From the sequence record SRR2962707_524: a DNA stretch of 37,889 nt. The stretch is one strand, 5' to 3'. The stretch's first letter is position 1, and the number at the start of each line of letters is the position of its first letter. Both the position numbers and the translations under genes were made by a program. The notes under the pieces were generated by a model, which did no database searches, was not told where the DNA came from, and worked only from the letters and a program-made list of their open reading frames with translations. This document shows, piece by piece, positions 17,585 to 27,827 of the stretch.

Positions 17585-18937
17585 ATGGATAGAGGCGACA
17601 GCCCGTTGAGTGCTGAGAGCAACCCTGATTCCCGATACCCGGCAACGCACGAACCGGATTACGATGTTATCGTGATCGGCGGCGGCCCTGCCGGCAGCAC
17701 CGTGTCAGCCTTGCTGGGCATGAAGAATCGCCGGGTACTGGTGGTGGAAAAGAGCCGCCATCCCCGTTTTCATGTCGGTGAGTCCCTGCTGCCCCAGAAT
17801 ATGCCTTTGTTCAGAAAGCTTGGCGTGCTCGAGGAAATAGAGGCCATCGGGGTTACGAAAAAAGGCGCTGATTTTTCCGTCCCGGACGTCGAGGGCCACA
17901 TGGGCTTTGAGTTCGAACGTGCGCTGAACCCGGATGAGCCCACTGCCTTTCATGTTGTCCGGGCGTCGTTCGACAAGATCCTGCTCGATAATGCACGCAC
18001 TAAAGGTGCCAAGGTTCTGGAAGAAACCGAGGCATTGGATTTTCAGTTCTCTGATGACCGGGTGGTTGTCCGGATCAGGGGGGGCGAAGAGGCGGCGGCC
18101 CCCCGTGACGTCTCCGCAAAATATGTCATAGATGCATCAGGCCGCGATACCTTCATTGCCGGAAAGCTGGGACTGAAGTCACGTGATCCCCGTCATAACA
18201 GTGCGGCGGTGTTCAGCCATTTTACCGGTGTGCCGCTTCGCGAAGGTGAAGAGGCAGGGAATATCAGCCTGTACTGGTATGATCATGGCTGGTTCTGGAT
18301 GATCCCGCTTTCGCCGGAACGCATGAGCGTCGGCATGGTGTGCGCGCCTGAATATCTCAAGCAGCGGGTGGGGTCGCTGGAGGCCTTTCTCGTGAACTCC
18401 TTTTCCCAATGCCCCGCCGTTGCGGCCCGAATGGCGCATGCAAGGCCGTTGGAGGAAGTGCAGGCGACGGGGAATTTTTCATACCGCGCGTCCCGAATTT
18501 TCGGCGACAGATACATGATGGTTGGGGACTCGTATGCTTTTATCGACCCCGTTTTTTCCAGCGGCGTCTACATTGCCATGCAAAGTGCCGAGTACGCCGC
18601 CGATGTGATTGATGAAAGCCTGCGACATCCGGGACGGGCACACCGCCTGATGAGGGAATACGAACGCCGGGTCAATAAAGGGATTTCGGCATTTTCCTGG
18701 TTCATTTACCGGTTTACCGACCCGGTTATGAAGTATCTGTTCATGAACCCGTCGCGCCGCTTCGGCCTGCAGTCTGCTATCATTTCCGTCCTCGCCGGTG
18801 ACGTGTTCGGCAGAACGCGATTATGGCCTCGCCTGGCCCTGTTCAGGGCGATTTTTTCCATGGCCAAGATTTTGGACAGGTTTGGTGTCGGTCCGTTTGC
18901 ACGAACCGGGACAGCCCGGGCGCATGAGCGACAATGA
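17585..18937 (+). CDS. Flavin-dependent halogenase-family protein (xanthomonadin-cluster halogenase-like)
   Basis: GGGPAG, HPRFHVGESLLP, Lys in KKGADF, V.R..FD.ILL, WxWxIP (GWFWMIPL), GDSYAFIDPVFSSGV. Confidence 0.82.
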   Translation: MDRGDSPLSAESNPDSRYPATHEPDYDVIVIGGGPAGSTVSALLGMKNRRVLVVEKSRHPRFHVGESLLPQNMPLFRKLGVLEEIEAIGVTKKGADFSVPDVEGHMGFEFERALNPDEPTAFHVVRASFDKILLDNARTKGAKVLEETEALDFQFSDDRVVVRIRGGEEAAAPRDVSAKYVIDASGRDTFIAGKLGLKSRDPRHNSAAVFSHFTGVPLREGEEAGNISLYWYDHGWFWMIPLSPERMSVGMVCAPEYLKQRVGSLEAFLVNSFSQCPAVAARMAHARPLEEVQATGNFSYRASRIFGDRYMMVGDSYAFIDPVFSSGVYIAMQSAEYAADVIDESLRHPGRAHRLMREYERRVNKGISAFSWFIYRFTDPVMKYLFMNPSRRFGLQSAIISVLAGDVFGRTRLWPRLALFRAIFSMAKILDRFGVGPFARTGTARAHERQ

Positions 18938-19129
18938 ATGGTAGAATGCAAGATGCTCGCACAATCTTGCCCCGCACGCGGATACCCGTATTTCTATCGA
19001 TAAAGCCCAGGCGTGCTGAACGACAGCTTGAACAAGGGGTGTCCCTGACCATAGATTAGGGTACGATCATTAAAAAATATTAATGTTTGCAGCCCTTTGG
19101 GGCGCAATTTCAAGTGAAGGACGTTCAGG

Positions 19130-19405
19130 TTGCCAAATAGCGAAAAGACTCCGATGCAAGCAGAAGTGGCTGAACTGATCGTCAATATCCTCAATCTGGA
19201 AGATATGACGGCTGATGACATCGAACTTGATGCACCCTTGTTTAACGAGGGGCTGGGACTGGATTCGATTGATGCGCTGGAATTGTCACTTGAAGTTTCG
19301 CAACGCTACGGCGTCCAGATCAAATCCGATGATCCGGACATCTCGCGGATATTCGGGTCTCTGCGCCAGTTGACGGAGACGATCGAAACCAGACGCGGGA
19401 AATAG
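19130..19405 (+). CDS. Acyl carrier protein
   Basis: Small acidic protein with LFNEGLGLDSIDALEL (phosphopantetheine Ser). Start is TTG 19130 or ATG 19154. Confidence 0.93.
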   Translation: MPNSEKTPMQAEVAELIVNILNLEDMTADDIELDAPLFNEGLGLDSIDALELSLEVSQRYGVQIKSDDPDISRIFGSLRQLTETIETRRGK

Positions 19406-19425
19406 TCAGAGCAGGAACCAAGCCA

Positions 19426-20067
19426 GTGGATGTCATCCGTGTCGCACGTTTTATGGTGCCTCTTCTATCGGTCGTCCTGCTGCATGTTCTCATCATACAA
19501 GATCAGCTTGTTTTCGCGCCGGGGGCACTGGCGTTGGGGGCCTTTCTGATTGTGCTGCTCGGATTCCTTGATGACGGATTGAGCCGTGCCGGCCGGGTGA
19601 CGGGAGCGCTGGTCGTGATTTTCCTGATCGGATTGCAGGGGCTGGCTTTGCACTTTGATGCCAAACTGGCGATGGTTGTGACGTTGCTTCCCGTACTGGT
19701 CAATCTGGGGGTTGCCTGGGTATTCGGCCGCACGCTCCTGGCCGGGCGGGAGCCTTTGATCCGGCGTTTCAGCCGGTTGAGCCGTGGGGATATCCCTGCC
19801 GAACTGGAAAGCTATACACGGAACCTGACCATTCTATGGACGGTCATCATGGGGCTTATGGCAGTGATGTCCATGCTGATGGCTTTTGTTCTGCCGCCTG
19901 ACGACTGGTCGTGGGTCGTCAACCTGGCAATGCCGCTGGCTGCGTTCATGTTTTTCCTTGGAGAACATGCCTATCGGGCGATCCGCTATTCCCACCTTGG
20001 CGGCAGCAATTCACCGATCAGGACCTTGCAGACCCTCAGCCAGCCGCACCTCTGGCTTTTGCCATGA
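19426..20067 (+). CDS. Integral membrane protein typical of aryl polyene/xanthomonadin clusters
   Basis: Multiple TM helices, FGRTLLAGREPLI..F, YTRNLT.LW, FF.GEH.YR. Positioned between the ACP and the AMP ligase. Confidence 0.78.
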   Translation: MDVIRVARFMVPLLSVVLLHVLIIQDQLVFAPGALALGAFLIVLLGFLDDGLSRAGRVTGALVVIFLIGLQGLALHFDAKLAMVVTLLPVLVNLGVAWVFGRTLLAGREPLIRRFSRLSRGDIPAELESYTRNLTILWTVIMGLMAVMSMLMAFVLPPDDWSWVVNLAMPLAAFMFFLGEHAYRAIRYSHLGGSNSPIRTLQTLSQPHLWLLP

Positions 20068-21665
20068 TGCATTCACCGATCCTGATCACCCGTGACGGCC
20101 AGGTCCTGAGCCGCGATGTACTGATGCGCAAGGCCGCAGCCTTACTTGAAAGTCTCAAAATCGGCAGCGAAAAGCCGGCCCTGATGCCGCTGTGTTCGAA
20201 CTACGGGGATTTCATGGCTGCACTTGTTGCCGGACGACATGCCGGATTGCAGATCGTGCTGCCGAACGATTCAAGTGCTGCGGCACTCGGCAAGGTTATC
20301 GCCGGGATCGGAGAGGTTCTTGTGCTGATCAGCAAAGGTGATGCGCTACCTGAAATTGAGGCGCCGTCGCGTGTTCATGTGATTGAAGATGCCGTGTTGA
20401 AAGAACCAACGGCTCCGCTCAACTGGGATGAGAATAAAGACGGCGGGATCAGTCTTTTTACTTCGGGGACCACCGGTGTGCCGACGCGCCATACCCATAC
20501 TTTTGCGATGCTGCAGGCCGAGGCGTTGAAATGGGCGGAAATGCTGCGCTCGGGTGATGAACATGTAAGCCTCATCTGCACGGTGCCTGCGCAGCATATG
20601 TATGGGCTTCTGGCGGGTATCATGCTCCCGCTATATGATCCGGGGTTTTCCGTTTTCGAGGTGAAGCCGTTCTTCGCGGCAGATGTTGTCGATGCCCTGA
20701 ATGCCGTGGCTTCACCGAAAGTGCTCATAAGTACACCGGTTCATCTGAGACATCTCGTTAATGATGCCGTTACCCTGCCACCGCTTCACGCGGCTGTGTC
20801 GGCAACGGCACCGCTGGCGCGGGATCTGGCGGCGGCGGTCGAGAGCCGTTTTTCTACCACCATGATCGAAGTGTTCGGCACCACCGAGACCGGGATGATC
20901 GCGTCACGCAACACTACCGTTTCGGATGTATTCGTGCCGCGCGATGATCTGCAGCTTTCGTTTCAAAACCGGCGGATGCATGTTGCGTCCCCATGGTGGA
21001 GCGGCGAGGTGTTGATCGATGATACGATCGAGGCGGCGGGGGCGGGCTTTCGTCATATCGGACGTGGCGAGGACTTGATCAATGTCGCGGGGAAGCGGGC
21101 ATCTCTCGCCGGATTGACCCGGACGCTGCTGCAGATAGACGGCGTCGCGGACGGCGTGTTCATCATGCCGGATAAAAGCATGTATAGCCGTGGTGAAGTC
21201 CGGCCGATCGCATTCGTGTGCGCACCGGACAGAACGGCGGAACAGATAAGGACGGCGTTGCGTCAGCATCTGGCGCAGGCCTTCATCCCGAAACGGATCG
21301 TCATGCTCGATGACTTGCCGCGATCGACAACAGGTAAAGTGCTGATCTCGGAATTGCAGAAAATGCTGAACCCGCGCGGGAAAGAAACCGACAACACATT
21401 CACGGTGTCTGAAAATCATCCATCACTGGCGGGACATTTTCCGGGGAACCCGGTGGTGCCGGGGGCGGTTGTGCTGGATTTTGCCCTGCGCACGGTGGGC
21501 GTTCAACCGGACCAGGGTTTGCAGACCGTGAAGTTCAATGGTTTCCTGCGCCCGATGCAGAAATGTTCCGTGGAAAAAAGCGAGACAGGCGGGAAGACAA
21601 CAATCATCTGCCGTGTCGGCGCACAGAAAATCATGAGTGCACAGCTCAGTCCGGTCGGCACATGA
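20064..21665 (+). CDS. Aryl-acid:ACP AMP ligase fused to a C-terminal FabA/ApeI-like dehydratase domain
   Basis: FTSGTTGVP, TVPAQHMYGL, STPVHL, VSATAPL, EVFGTTETG, GKRASL, PRSTTGK, then HPSLAGHFPGNPVVPGAVVL. ATGA-coupled start at 20064. Confidence 0.85.
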   Translation: MMHSPILITRDGQVLSRDVLMRKAAALLESLKIGSEKPALMPLCSNYGDFMAALVAGRHAGLQIVLPNDSSAAALGKVIAGIGEVLVLISKGDALPEIEAPSRVHVIEDAVLKEPTAPLNWDENKDGGISLFTSGTTGVPTRHTHTFAMLQAEALKWAEMLRSGDEHVSLICTVPAQHMYGLLAGIMLPLYDPGFSVFEVKPFFAADVVDALNAVASPKVLISTPVHLRHLVNDAVTLPPLHAAVSATAPLARDLAAAVESRFSTTMIEVFGTTETGMIASRNTTVSDVFVPRDDLQLSFQNRRMHVASPWWSGEVLIDDTIEAAGAGFRHIGRGEDLINVAGKRASLAGLTRTLLQIDGVADGVFIMPDKSMYSRGEVRPIAFVCAPDRTAEQIRTALRQHLAQAFIPKRIVMLDDLPRSTTGKVLISELQKMLNPRGKETDNTFTVSENHPSLAGHFPGNPVVPGAVVLDFALRTVGVQPDQGLQTVKFNGFLRPMQKCSVEKSETGGKTTIICRVGAQKIMSAQLSPVGT

Positions 21666-22561
21666 GCCAAAGCAATATCGCAACCCATTGGGCGGCACGG
21701 CAGGAACGGGGCAGTGCCTATCTGATCCGGTTCATTGCCTGGCTGGCACGGGTCTCCGGACGCAAGGTTACACGTGCGCTTCTGTATCCGATCACGCTCT
21801 ATTTTCTGCTGTTTGCACCATCGGCACGCCGCAGCTCGCTGCAATACCTGAACCGGGTGCTGGGCCGCAGGGCGACATGGCGGGATGCTTTCACGCATAT
21901 CCATGTGTTTGCCGGCACCGTCCTGGATCGGGTGTTTCTGTTGTCGAATCGTCAGGATCTGTTCGACATTGAGTTCGATGGTCTTGATACCCTGCTGGAT
22001 GCGCTTAGCGGCGGTCAGGGCGTTCTGCTCCTCGGTGCGCACTTCGGCAGTTTTGACGCCATGCGATCACTTTCCGAGCGTGCCCGGAATCGTGAGCTGA
22101 AAATTCTCATGTATGACGGCAACGCCAGCACGGTCGGCGCGGTCCTGAATGCGCTTAACCCGGCCTTCGAACAGCATATTATCCGGCTGGGTCCGCCGGA
22201 AAGTATGATGCAGGTCAGTGAAGCGATAAAAGCCGGCGAGATGGTCGGCATTCTGGGTGACAGAGCAACGCATGACGGAAAAACATACGAGGTATCGTTT
22301 CTCGACAATACGGCCAGGGTGGCCTCTGCGCCTTGGGTGCTTGCAACCATCACCCGGGCGCCGGTGATTGTGTTTTCGACGGTTTTTGACGGCGTCAATG
22401 GCTACAAGGTTACCTTGCGGCGACTTCAGGTTGACGAAGGTGCCCGCCCCCGCGATCACGAAAAAGGCCGCCATTTTGCCCAGTCCTATATGAATATCAT
22501 TGAGGCTCAGGTTCGCAACGCCCCGTACAACTGGTTCAATTTTTATGATTTCTGGTCCTAG
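21662..22561 (+). CDS. LpxL/LpxP-like lipid acyltransferase
   Basis: W...QERGS, GAHFGSFD (HX4D), GILGDR, PYNWFNFYDFW. ATGA-coupled start. Confidence 0.87.
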   Translation: MSQSNIATHWAARQERGSAYLIRFIAWLARVSGRKVTRALLYPITLYFLLFAPSARRSSLQYLNRVLGRRATWRDAFTHIHVFAGTVLDRVFLLSNRQDLFDIEFDGLDTLLDALSGGQGVLLLGAHFGSFDAMRSLSERARNRELKILMYDGNASTVGAVLNALNPAFEQHIIRLGPPESMMQVSEAIKAGEMVGILGDRATHDGKTYEVSFLDNTARVASAPWVLATITRAPVIVFSTVFDGVNGYKVTLRRLQVDEGARPRDHEKGRHFAQSYMNIIEAQVRNAPYNWFNFYDFWS

Positions 22562-23132
22562 AACATTCAGCCGTTTTGTGATGGTGCTCGTCCTTTCGGT
22601 ATTCACTGCCGGGGGCATCATGCCGGCGGCGGCGATGACGCTGGATGATCTGGCGCGGTCACTCGAAGATCACGCATCGGAGAAAGTTGACTTCATCGAG
22701 CACCGGCACATCAGTTATCTGGATGCACCGCTGGTATCAAAAGGCACCATGACATTCACCGACGGGGTTCTGACCAAGTCGGTGACGTCGCCAACAACTG
22801 AAAAGTTCGAAGTCAGGGACGATCAGGTTGTGCATTATGATGCCGATCAAAATGAAACCCGGTTCGCTGTCGGGGACAGTCCGGTCCTCCGCAGCCTTGT
22901 GGTCACGCTGCGCTCAATGCTGACGGGCCACCTGAAACCGATGTTTGAACTTTTCGCTGTCGAATTCACCGGAGATGAGACGGCATGGCATCTTGATCTG
23001 ACGCCGAAGTCCGAGAGCCTGAGGGAAGACCTGGATGCGATCAGTATCAGTGGGCGCGGTGGCGACGTGAAGGAGCTGACAATTGACGAGCGGAACGGTG
23101 ACCGGACTTTGATACAAATCCGGAATGACTGA
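22545..23132 (+). CDS. LolA-like periplasmic carrier protein
   Basis: Signal peptide, F.E.R...YLDAPLVSKG, W.L.LTP, ERNGDRT. Located between the acyltransferase and MMPL. Start is approximate. Confidence 0.78.
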   Translation: MISGPRTFSRFVMVLVLSVFTAGGIMPAAAMTLDDLARSLEDHASEKVDFIEHRHISYLDAPLVSKGTMTFTDGVLTKSVTSPTTEKFEVRDDQVVHYDADQNETRFAVGDSPVLRSLVVTLRSMLTGHLKPMFELFAVEFTGDETAWHLDLTPKSESLREDLDAISISGRGGDVKELTIDERNGDRTLIQIRND

Positions 23133-25416
23133 CATGCTGAGGCGCTTCTCATTGCCGGTGTTTATCTTGGCTCTGGTGTTGCTTGTGGTTGCGGTTCGCA
23201 GCGTCAACATCACGACGGACATGTCATTTTTTACACCGGACGGCTCGGCCGGGGACGAAGCCTTTCTGTTCCATGAAATGACGTCATCTTCGGGTATCGC
23301 CATGATTGCCGTCTCGGGCCAGGATTCAGACAAGGTTCTCGCGGCGCGCAATGCGATCTCTGCCAGACTGACGTCGATGCCCGTGGTGTCGCGTGTCATG
23401 CATGACGGGATCAGTGTCGATCCCCGGATGCATGATTTCTTCGTACAGCACCGCTATGTGCTTGGCCCGGATTTGGAAGCGGCGACATTCACGGCAGAAG
23501 GCATGCGCACACGGATTTCAGATGGCCTACAGAAACTCGGCACGGCCATCGGTCCGTTCTATCGCGATATCCTGCCCCGTGATCCGACTGGGCGGGTGCT
23601 CGATTTTATTGAACGGCGTAACGCACGTAACGATGACGGCGCCGCCATGAAGCCGTGGCAGGATGCACCGAATTCCAGACTGCTTCTTGCTTTGCTGAAG
23701 ACCGGATCAGACGATATCCCCGCGCATGCCGAGATAAAATCAGCGGTTCACGATGTGCTTTCAGAGGCGGTCCATAGCGGGGTGCAGGCGGATATCAGCG
23801 GGCCGGGGTTTTTTGCCCTCAACGCGAGTGAACGTATCCGTGCGGAAATGCAGTGGCTGGCGATCCTTGCCACGTGTGCGGTAGCAGTCATTCTGTTTGC
23901 CGTGTTTCGTGCGCCAATCATTCTGCTGGCGATCGCATTGCCGGTCGCATTCGGCATGATGTGCGGCATCCTGCTCACGTCATTCATTTTCGGGCATGTG
24001 CACGGTGTGGCGATTGCATTCGGCTCAGTGCTGGTCGGTGTTGCGGTTGACTACCCGCTGCATCTGGCCGGCTTCCGGCGGCCGGATGAGCCCGCATACA
24101 GTGTCGCGAAGCGTTTGTTCCCGATCATGCTTCTGGGGGCGGGGACGACGCTTGCCGGTTTTCTGATTCTGTCGCAGTCAAGTTTCCCGGGCCTGTCGCA
24201 GGTCGGCACTCTGACGGCAACAGCCATCGTCGTCGCCGTACTCTTCAGCCGCTTTCTGTTGCCGTTATGTCTGCCGGGAAAAGCCGCCGATCTGCGTTTG
24301 GGCGCCGCGTGCTGGAACTTCTTCAGAGATCGCCCTGGGCTCAGGCGGACCGGAAGAATTCTGGTGTGTGCCGTTCCGGTGGCGGGAATCGGGATTGCGA
24401 TCCTGACGCGGCCGGCGGTCTGGGATGACGATATCAGAAACCTGCAGATGCCGAACGATGCCCAGATCCGTATCGATCGTGATCTGCGCACACGGCTCGG
24501 CATGCCGGATGTCAGTCACCTGCTTGTCATCCGCGGAGACAGCGCCGATGACGTCCTCGAAACACAATGGCGCGTATCAGACCGGCTTCGCGAAGCCGTC
24601 GATAAAGGAGACATCGGCGGTTATCTGTCCCTGACGGATATTCTGCCACCGCCCACCATCCAGCAGCAGCGACTTGAAAAAATACCCGACGAACCCCTTC
24701 TAAAAGAAAGGTTGCGTGACGCGGTAGCACCCCTGCCGTTGAAGGCTGAAGCGTTTCAGCCGTTTATCGATGATGTCAGGGCGGCCAAAGCCAAAGGGCC
24801 TCTTCGGGCTGACGACCCGGCATTGCAGCAACTTACGGGGCTGTTGAAATTCCCGGTGGATACGGGGCATGGCTGGGCCAACATCATTCAGCTCGTGCCC
24901 CCGATTAATGCGGAGAATCTCTCTATTCAGGACGCACAACTCATAAACCTGCGGCAGATGGCGAGCGGGATTGTCCGGGACTATCGTGCCGAAGCGACGG
25001 ATCTTCTGGTGATCGGTGCGCTGCTGGGCCTGGCCATTGTCGTGATCGGCCGGCGAAGTTTGCGTTCGGGACTGGAGGTATTTGCCGCCCCCACCATTGC
25101 CCTCCTGGCGACGGTTACGGTGCTGATTCTGGCGGGTATGCCGCTCAGTTTTTTCAATCTTCTTGCGCTGGTGCTGGTGGTCAGTATCGGAGTCGATTAC
25201 GAGGTTTTCTTCGCCGGGTATGAGGTGGACCCGGAAACAGGGGAACACAGTTTCAATTCCATCATGCTCTGCTTCTTCTCCACTTTTGCGGTCTTTGCAA
25301 TCCTCGCCACGTCGAGCTTTCCGATGCTTCATACCATCGGGCTGACGGTATCCATAGGCGCATTAATTTCTTTTCTGTACACCGTCCTGCGCGGCGACAG
25401 GGCGCCGGCATCATGA
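23125..25416 (+). CDS. MMPL/RND-family exporter
   Basis: Two-repeat topology with large periplasmic loops, AFGSVLVGVAVDYPLH, SSFPGLSQVG, LVVSIGVDY. Confidence 0.88.
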   Translation: MTDMLRRFSLPVFILALVLLVVAVRSVNITTDMSFFTPDGSAGDEAFLFHEMTSSSGIAMIAVSGQDSDKVLAARNAISARLTSMPVVSRVMHDGISVDPRMHDFFVQHRYVLGPDLEAATFTAEGMRTRISDGLQKLGTAIGPFYRDILPRDPTGRVLDFIERRNARNDDGAAMKPWQDAPNSRLLLALLKTGSDDIPAHAEIKSAVHDVLSEAVHSGVQADISGPGFFALNASERIRAEMQWLAILATCAVAVILFAVFRAPIILLAIALPVAFGMMCGILLTSFIFGHVHGVAIAFGSVLVGVAVDYPLHLAGFRRPDEPAYSVAKRLFPIMLLGAGTTLAGFLILSQSSFPGLSQVGTLTATAIVVAVLFSRFLLPLCLPGKAADLRLGAACWNFFRDRPGLRRTGRILVCAVPVAGIGIAILTRPAVWDDDIRNLQMPNDAQIRIDRDLRTRLGMPDVSHLLVIRGDSADDVLETQWRVSDRLREAVDKGDIGGYLSLTDILPPPTIQQQRLEKIPDEPLLKERLRDAVAPLPLKAEAFQPFIDDVRAAKAKGPLRADDPALQQLTGLLKFPVDTGHGWANIIQLVPPINAENLSIQDAQLINLRQMASGIVRDYRAEATDLLVIGALLGLAIVVIGRRSLRSGLEVFAAPTIALLATVTVLILAGMPLSFFNLLALVLVVSIGVDYEVFFAGYEVDPETGEHSFNSIMLCFFSTFAVFAILATSSFPMLHTIGLTVSIGALISFLYTVLRGDRAPAS

Positions 25417-26597
25417 CATTGGATATTGCAATCAGGGGCATGACCTGCACCTCCGCCCTGGGTCGCGGCATGGGAGCTATCCGTGAGGCGCTTGCTGCTG
25501 AGCGCTCCGGCTTGGTTGCCTATGAATGCCCGGAAGCGCCACTTGAGACGTTCGTTGGTCCGGTTGCAGATGTCGATGCGGTTTCATTGCCGGACGACGT
25601 CGCCGGGTTCGATTGCCGGAACAACCGGCTGGCCGAGATGGCATTGCATGAAGATGGCTTCCTGTCGCTGGCCAGGTCCGCCGTACGTGAATTCGGCGCC
25701 GAACGAGTTGCGGTTATTCTGGGGACCAGTACATCCGGCATCGGAAACACGGAGCATATCTACAGACAGCATGCCGCAAATGGGCAGTTGCCGGCGGATA
25801 ACCATTTTCTGACGACCCATGACATGATGTCGCTCAGTTCTTTTGTTGCACGAAGAACCGGTGCTGCCGGACCCTGCTACACGATCTCGACGGCCTGTTC
25901 GTCAAGCACGCGGAGCTTCAGTGACGGCGCACGACTGATCCAATCCGGTATATGCGATGCCGTCATCGCGGGCGGTGTCGATACGCTCTGTGAAACATCG
26001 ATACGGGGCTTCAATGCGTTGCAGCTTTTATCCCCGGAACCCTGCCGTCCCAATGACAGAAACCGAAAGGGTATTTCCATCGGTGAAGCCGGCGGTTTTG
26101 CCTTGCTGACGCGCGGCTCGGCAAACGATGAAATCATGCTGTGCGGTTTCGGGGAAAGTGCGGATGCCTATCACATGTCTTCGCCGCATCCCGAAGGGGC
26201 GGGCGCGATCAGCGCCATGGCGGAAGCCCTGCATATGTCCGGTCTTTCGGCGGGGGATATCGGATATGTGAACCTGCACGGCACGGGCAGCACCTATAAT
26301 GACAAGGTTGAGGATCTTGCGATGCTCCATGTCCTTGGGTCGGCGACACCGTGCAGTTCAACCAAGGGTTTCAGCGGCCACACGCTGGGCGGTGCGGGCA
26401 TTCTTGAAGCCGCAATCACGATAACGGCGCTGCGTGATGGAATGCTGCCTGTGAACCTCAACCTCAGGGATACGGACCCTGAATTGAAGAGCATGCTTGT
26501 GCGCGAAACCCGCAGCGCCGCGTTTTCCCATGCGATGACGAACAACTTCGGCTTCGGCGGCAACAATTGCGTTCTGATCTTCTCGAAGAGGACATGA
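25413..26597 (+). CDS. Beta-ketoacyl-ACP synthase (type II PKS KS)
   Basis: Cys-His-His triad: ISTACSSS, NLHGTGS, TKGFSGHTLG. Also GTSTSG and NNFGFGGNN. Confidence 0.93.
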   Translation: MTLDIAIRGMTCTSALGRGMGAIREALAAERSGLVAYECPEAPLETFVGPVADVDAVSLPDDVAGFDCRNNRLAEMALHEDGFLSLARSAVREFGAERVAVILGTSTSGIGNTEHIYRQHAANGQLPADNHFLTTHDMMSLSSFVARRTGAAGPCYTISTACSSSTRSFSDGARLIQSGICDAVIAGGVDTLCETSIRGFNALQLLSPEPCRPNDRNRKGISIGEAGGFALLTRGSANDEIMLCGFGESADAYHMSSPHPEGAGAISAMAEALHMSGLSAGDIGYVNLHGTGSTYNDKVEDLAMLHVLGSATPCSSTKGFSGHTLGGAGILEAAITITALRDGMLPVNLNLRDTDPELKSMLVRETRSAAFSHAMTNNFGFGGNNCVLIFSKRT

Positions 26598-26598
26598 G

Positions 26599-27402
26599 AT
26601 GAAGGCGCGGATTTTAGGGATATCGGTCATTGCTCCCGCCATCAGCGGATGGGATGACATCCGCCCTGTTTTGAGGGGGGAAACGCCCTGGCCGCGTGGA
26701 GAGCTTGAACTGACGGCGCCGGATATTCTGGCGCCACGCGAACGCCGCCGCACCAGCCCGTCCCTCCGTCTTGCACTGAATACAGCCGTAGATGCCTGCC
26801 GCGCGGCCGATATCGGGTTGCATGAAGTGCCGTCGGTGTTCTGCACATCCGTTGGCGATGGCGATGTCTGCGATGCAATCCTCAGTGCGCTGACCCGGTC
26901 CGAGCGACTGGTGTCGCCGACACATTTTCATAACTCGGTCCATAATGCCGCTGCGGGATACTGGAGCATTGGCACCGAAAACAGGAAGTCGTCGGTTTCA
27001 TTGGCTGCCGGTGAGGCAACATTCGGCGCCGGACTGTTGCGTGCGATGTCGGGCCTTGAGCATGACCGATGTCCGACACTGCTGGTGATATCCGATCACC
27101 AGCTGCCGGGACTGCTAAGCGAGATGCATAACGTCGACCATGCGATGGGGGTCGGGTTTGTATTGGCGCCTGCGGATAGTCGCTATCCATCCCTGGCGGA
27201 CGTTGAAATCATGGGCGCGGATGCTGGACCGGAAACGCAGCCTGCCGACAAGGACATGGCAAAGGTTTTTGCGGGTGTCCCGGCGGCCCGGACGATCCCG
27301 TTTCTGACGGCGATTGCCAAGGGTGCCTCCACCCCTGAAGATATGGTCATATGTGCCGGCGGAAACGGCTTCAGGATCAGGGCGCGCGTGAGCGGGACAT
27401 GA
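26599..27402 (+). CDS. Beta-ketoacyl synthase chain-length factor
   Basis: PRERRRTS, VSPTHFHNSVHNAAAGYWSI. Short KS-like fold without the catalytic triad, directly after the KS. Confidence 0.87.
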   Translation: MKARILGISVIAPAISGWDDIRPVLRGETPWPRGELELTAPDILAPRERRRTSPSLRLALNTAVDACRAADIGLHEVPSVFCTSVGDGDVCDAILSALTRSERLVSPTHFHNSVHNAAAGYWSIGTENRKSSVSLAAGEATFGAGLLRAMSGLEHDRCPTLLVISDHQLPGLLSEMHNVDHAMGVGFVLAPADSRYPSLADVEIMGADAGPETQPADKDMAKVFAGVPAARTIPFLTAIAKGASTPEDMVICAGGNGFRIRARVSGT

Positions 27403-27827
27403 AAGACGATATCAACATCGAAGGACTGATTCCCCATGCGGGCAGCATGGTTCTGATTGATGCCATTGCATCGTGGGACCAGCAGGGGATTACGTGCTCG
27501 ACGGCATCGCATCGTGATCCCAACAATCCGTTGCGGAACGATGCCGGGCTGCCTGTGGTTGCCGGTATCGAATATGGCGGGCAGGTTGCCGCCCTGCACG
27601 GCGGGCTGAGCGGTCGACGTATGGATGGATATATTGTCGCCGTCAAAGATTTCACCGCGTCCGTGCAGATACTGGATACGATCCAAAGCGATCTGTTTGT
27701 AGAGGCTGCCTGTATGGCCTCGAATGAACAGTCTGCCATCTACACATTCCGGATATTCTCAGCCGCCGACGAAGACAATACACTGGCCGGGGGGCGACTC
27801 ACCATCGCCCTGGATGACCCGGCATGA
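27399..27827 (+). CDS. Hotdog-fold dehydratase partner (ApeP-like)
   Basis: LIPHAGSMVLIDAI..W, SHRDP.NPLR, GIEYGGQ..ALHG. ATGA-coupled start at 27399. Confidence 0.83.
   Translation: MKDDINIEGLIPHAGSMVLIDAIASWDQQGITCSTASHRDPNNPLRNDAGLPVVAGIEYGGQVAALHGGLSGRRMDGYIVAVKDFTASVQILDTIQSDLFVEAACMASNEQSAIYTFRIFSAADEDNTLAGGRLTIALDDPA

Noticed and set aside
19043-19062. Possible lux-box-like dyad upstream of the ACP
   Set aside because: Spacing is CT-N11-AG rather than CT-N12-AG, symmetry is poor, and there is no LuxR in the window.
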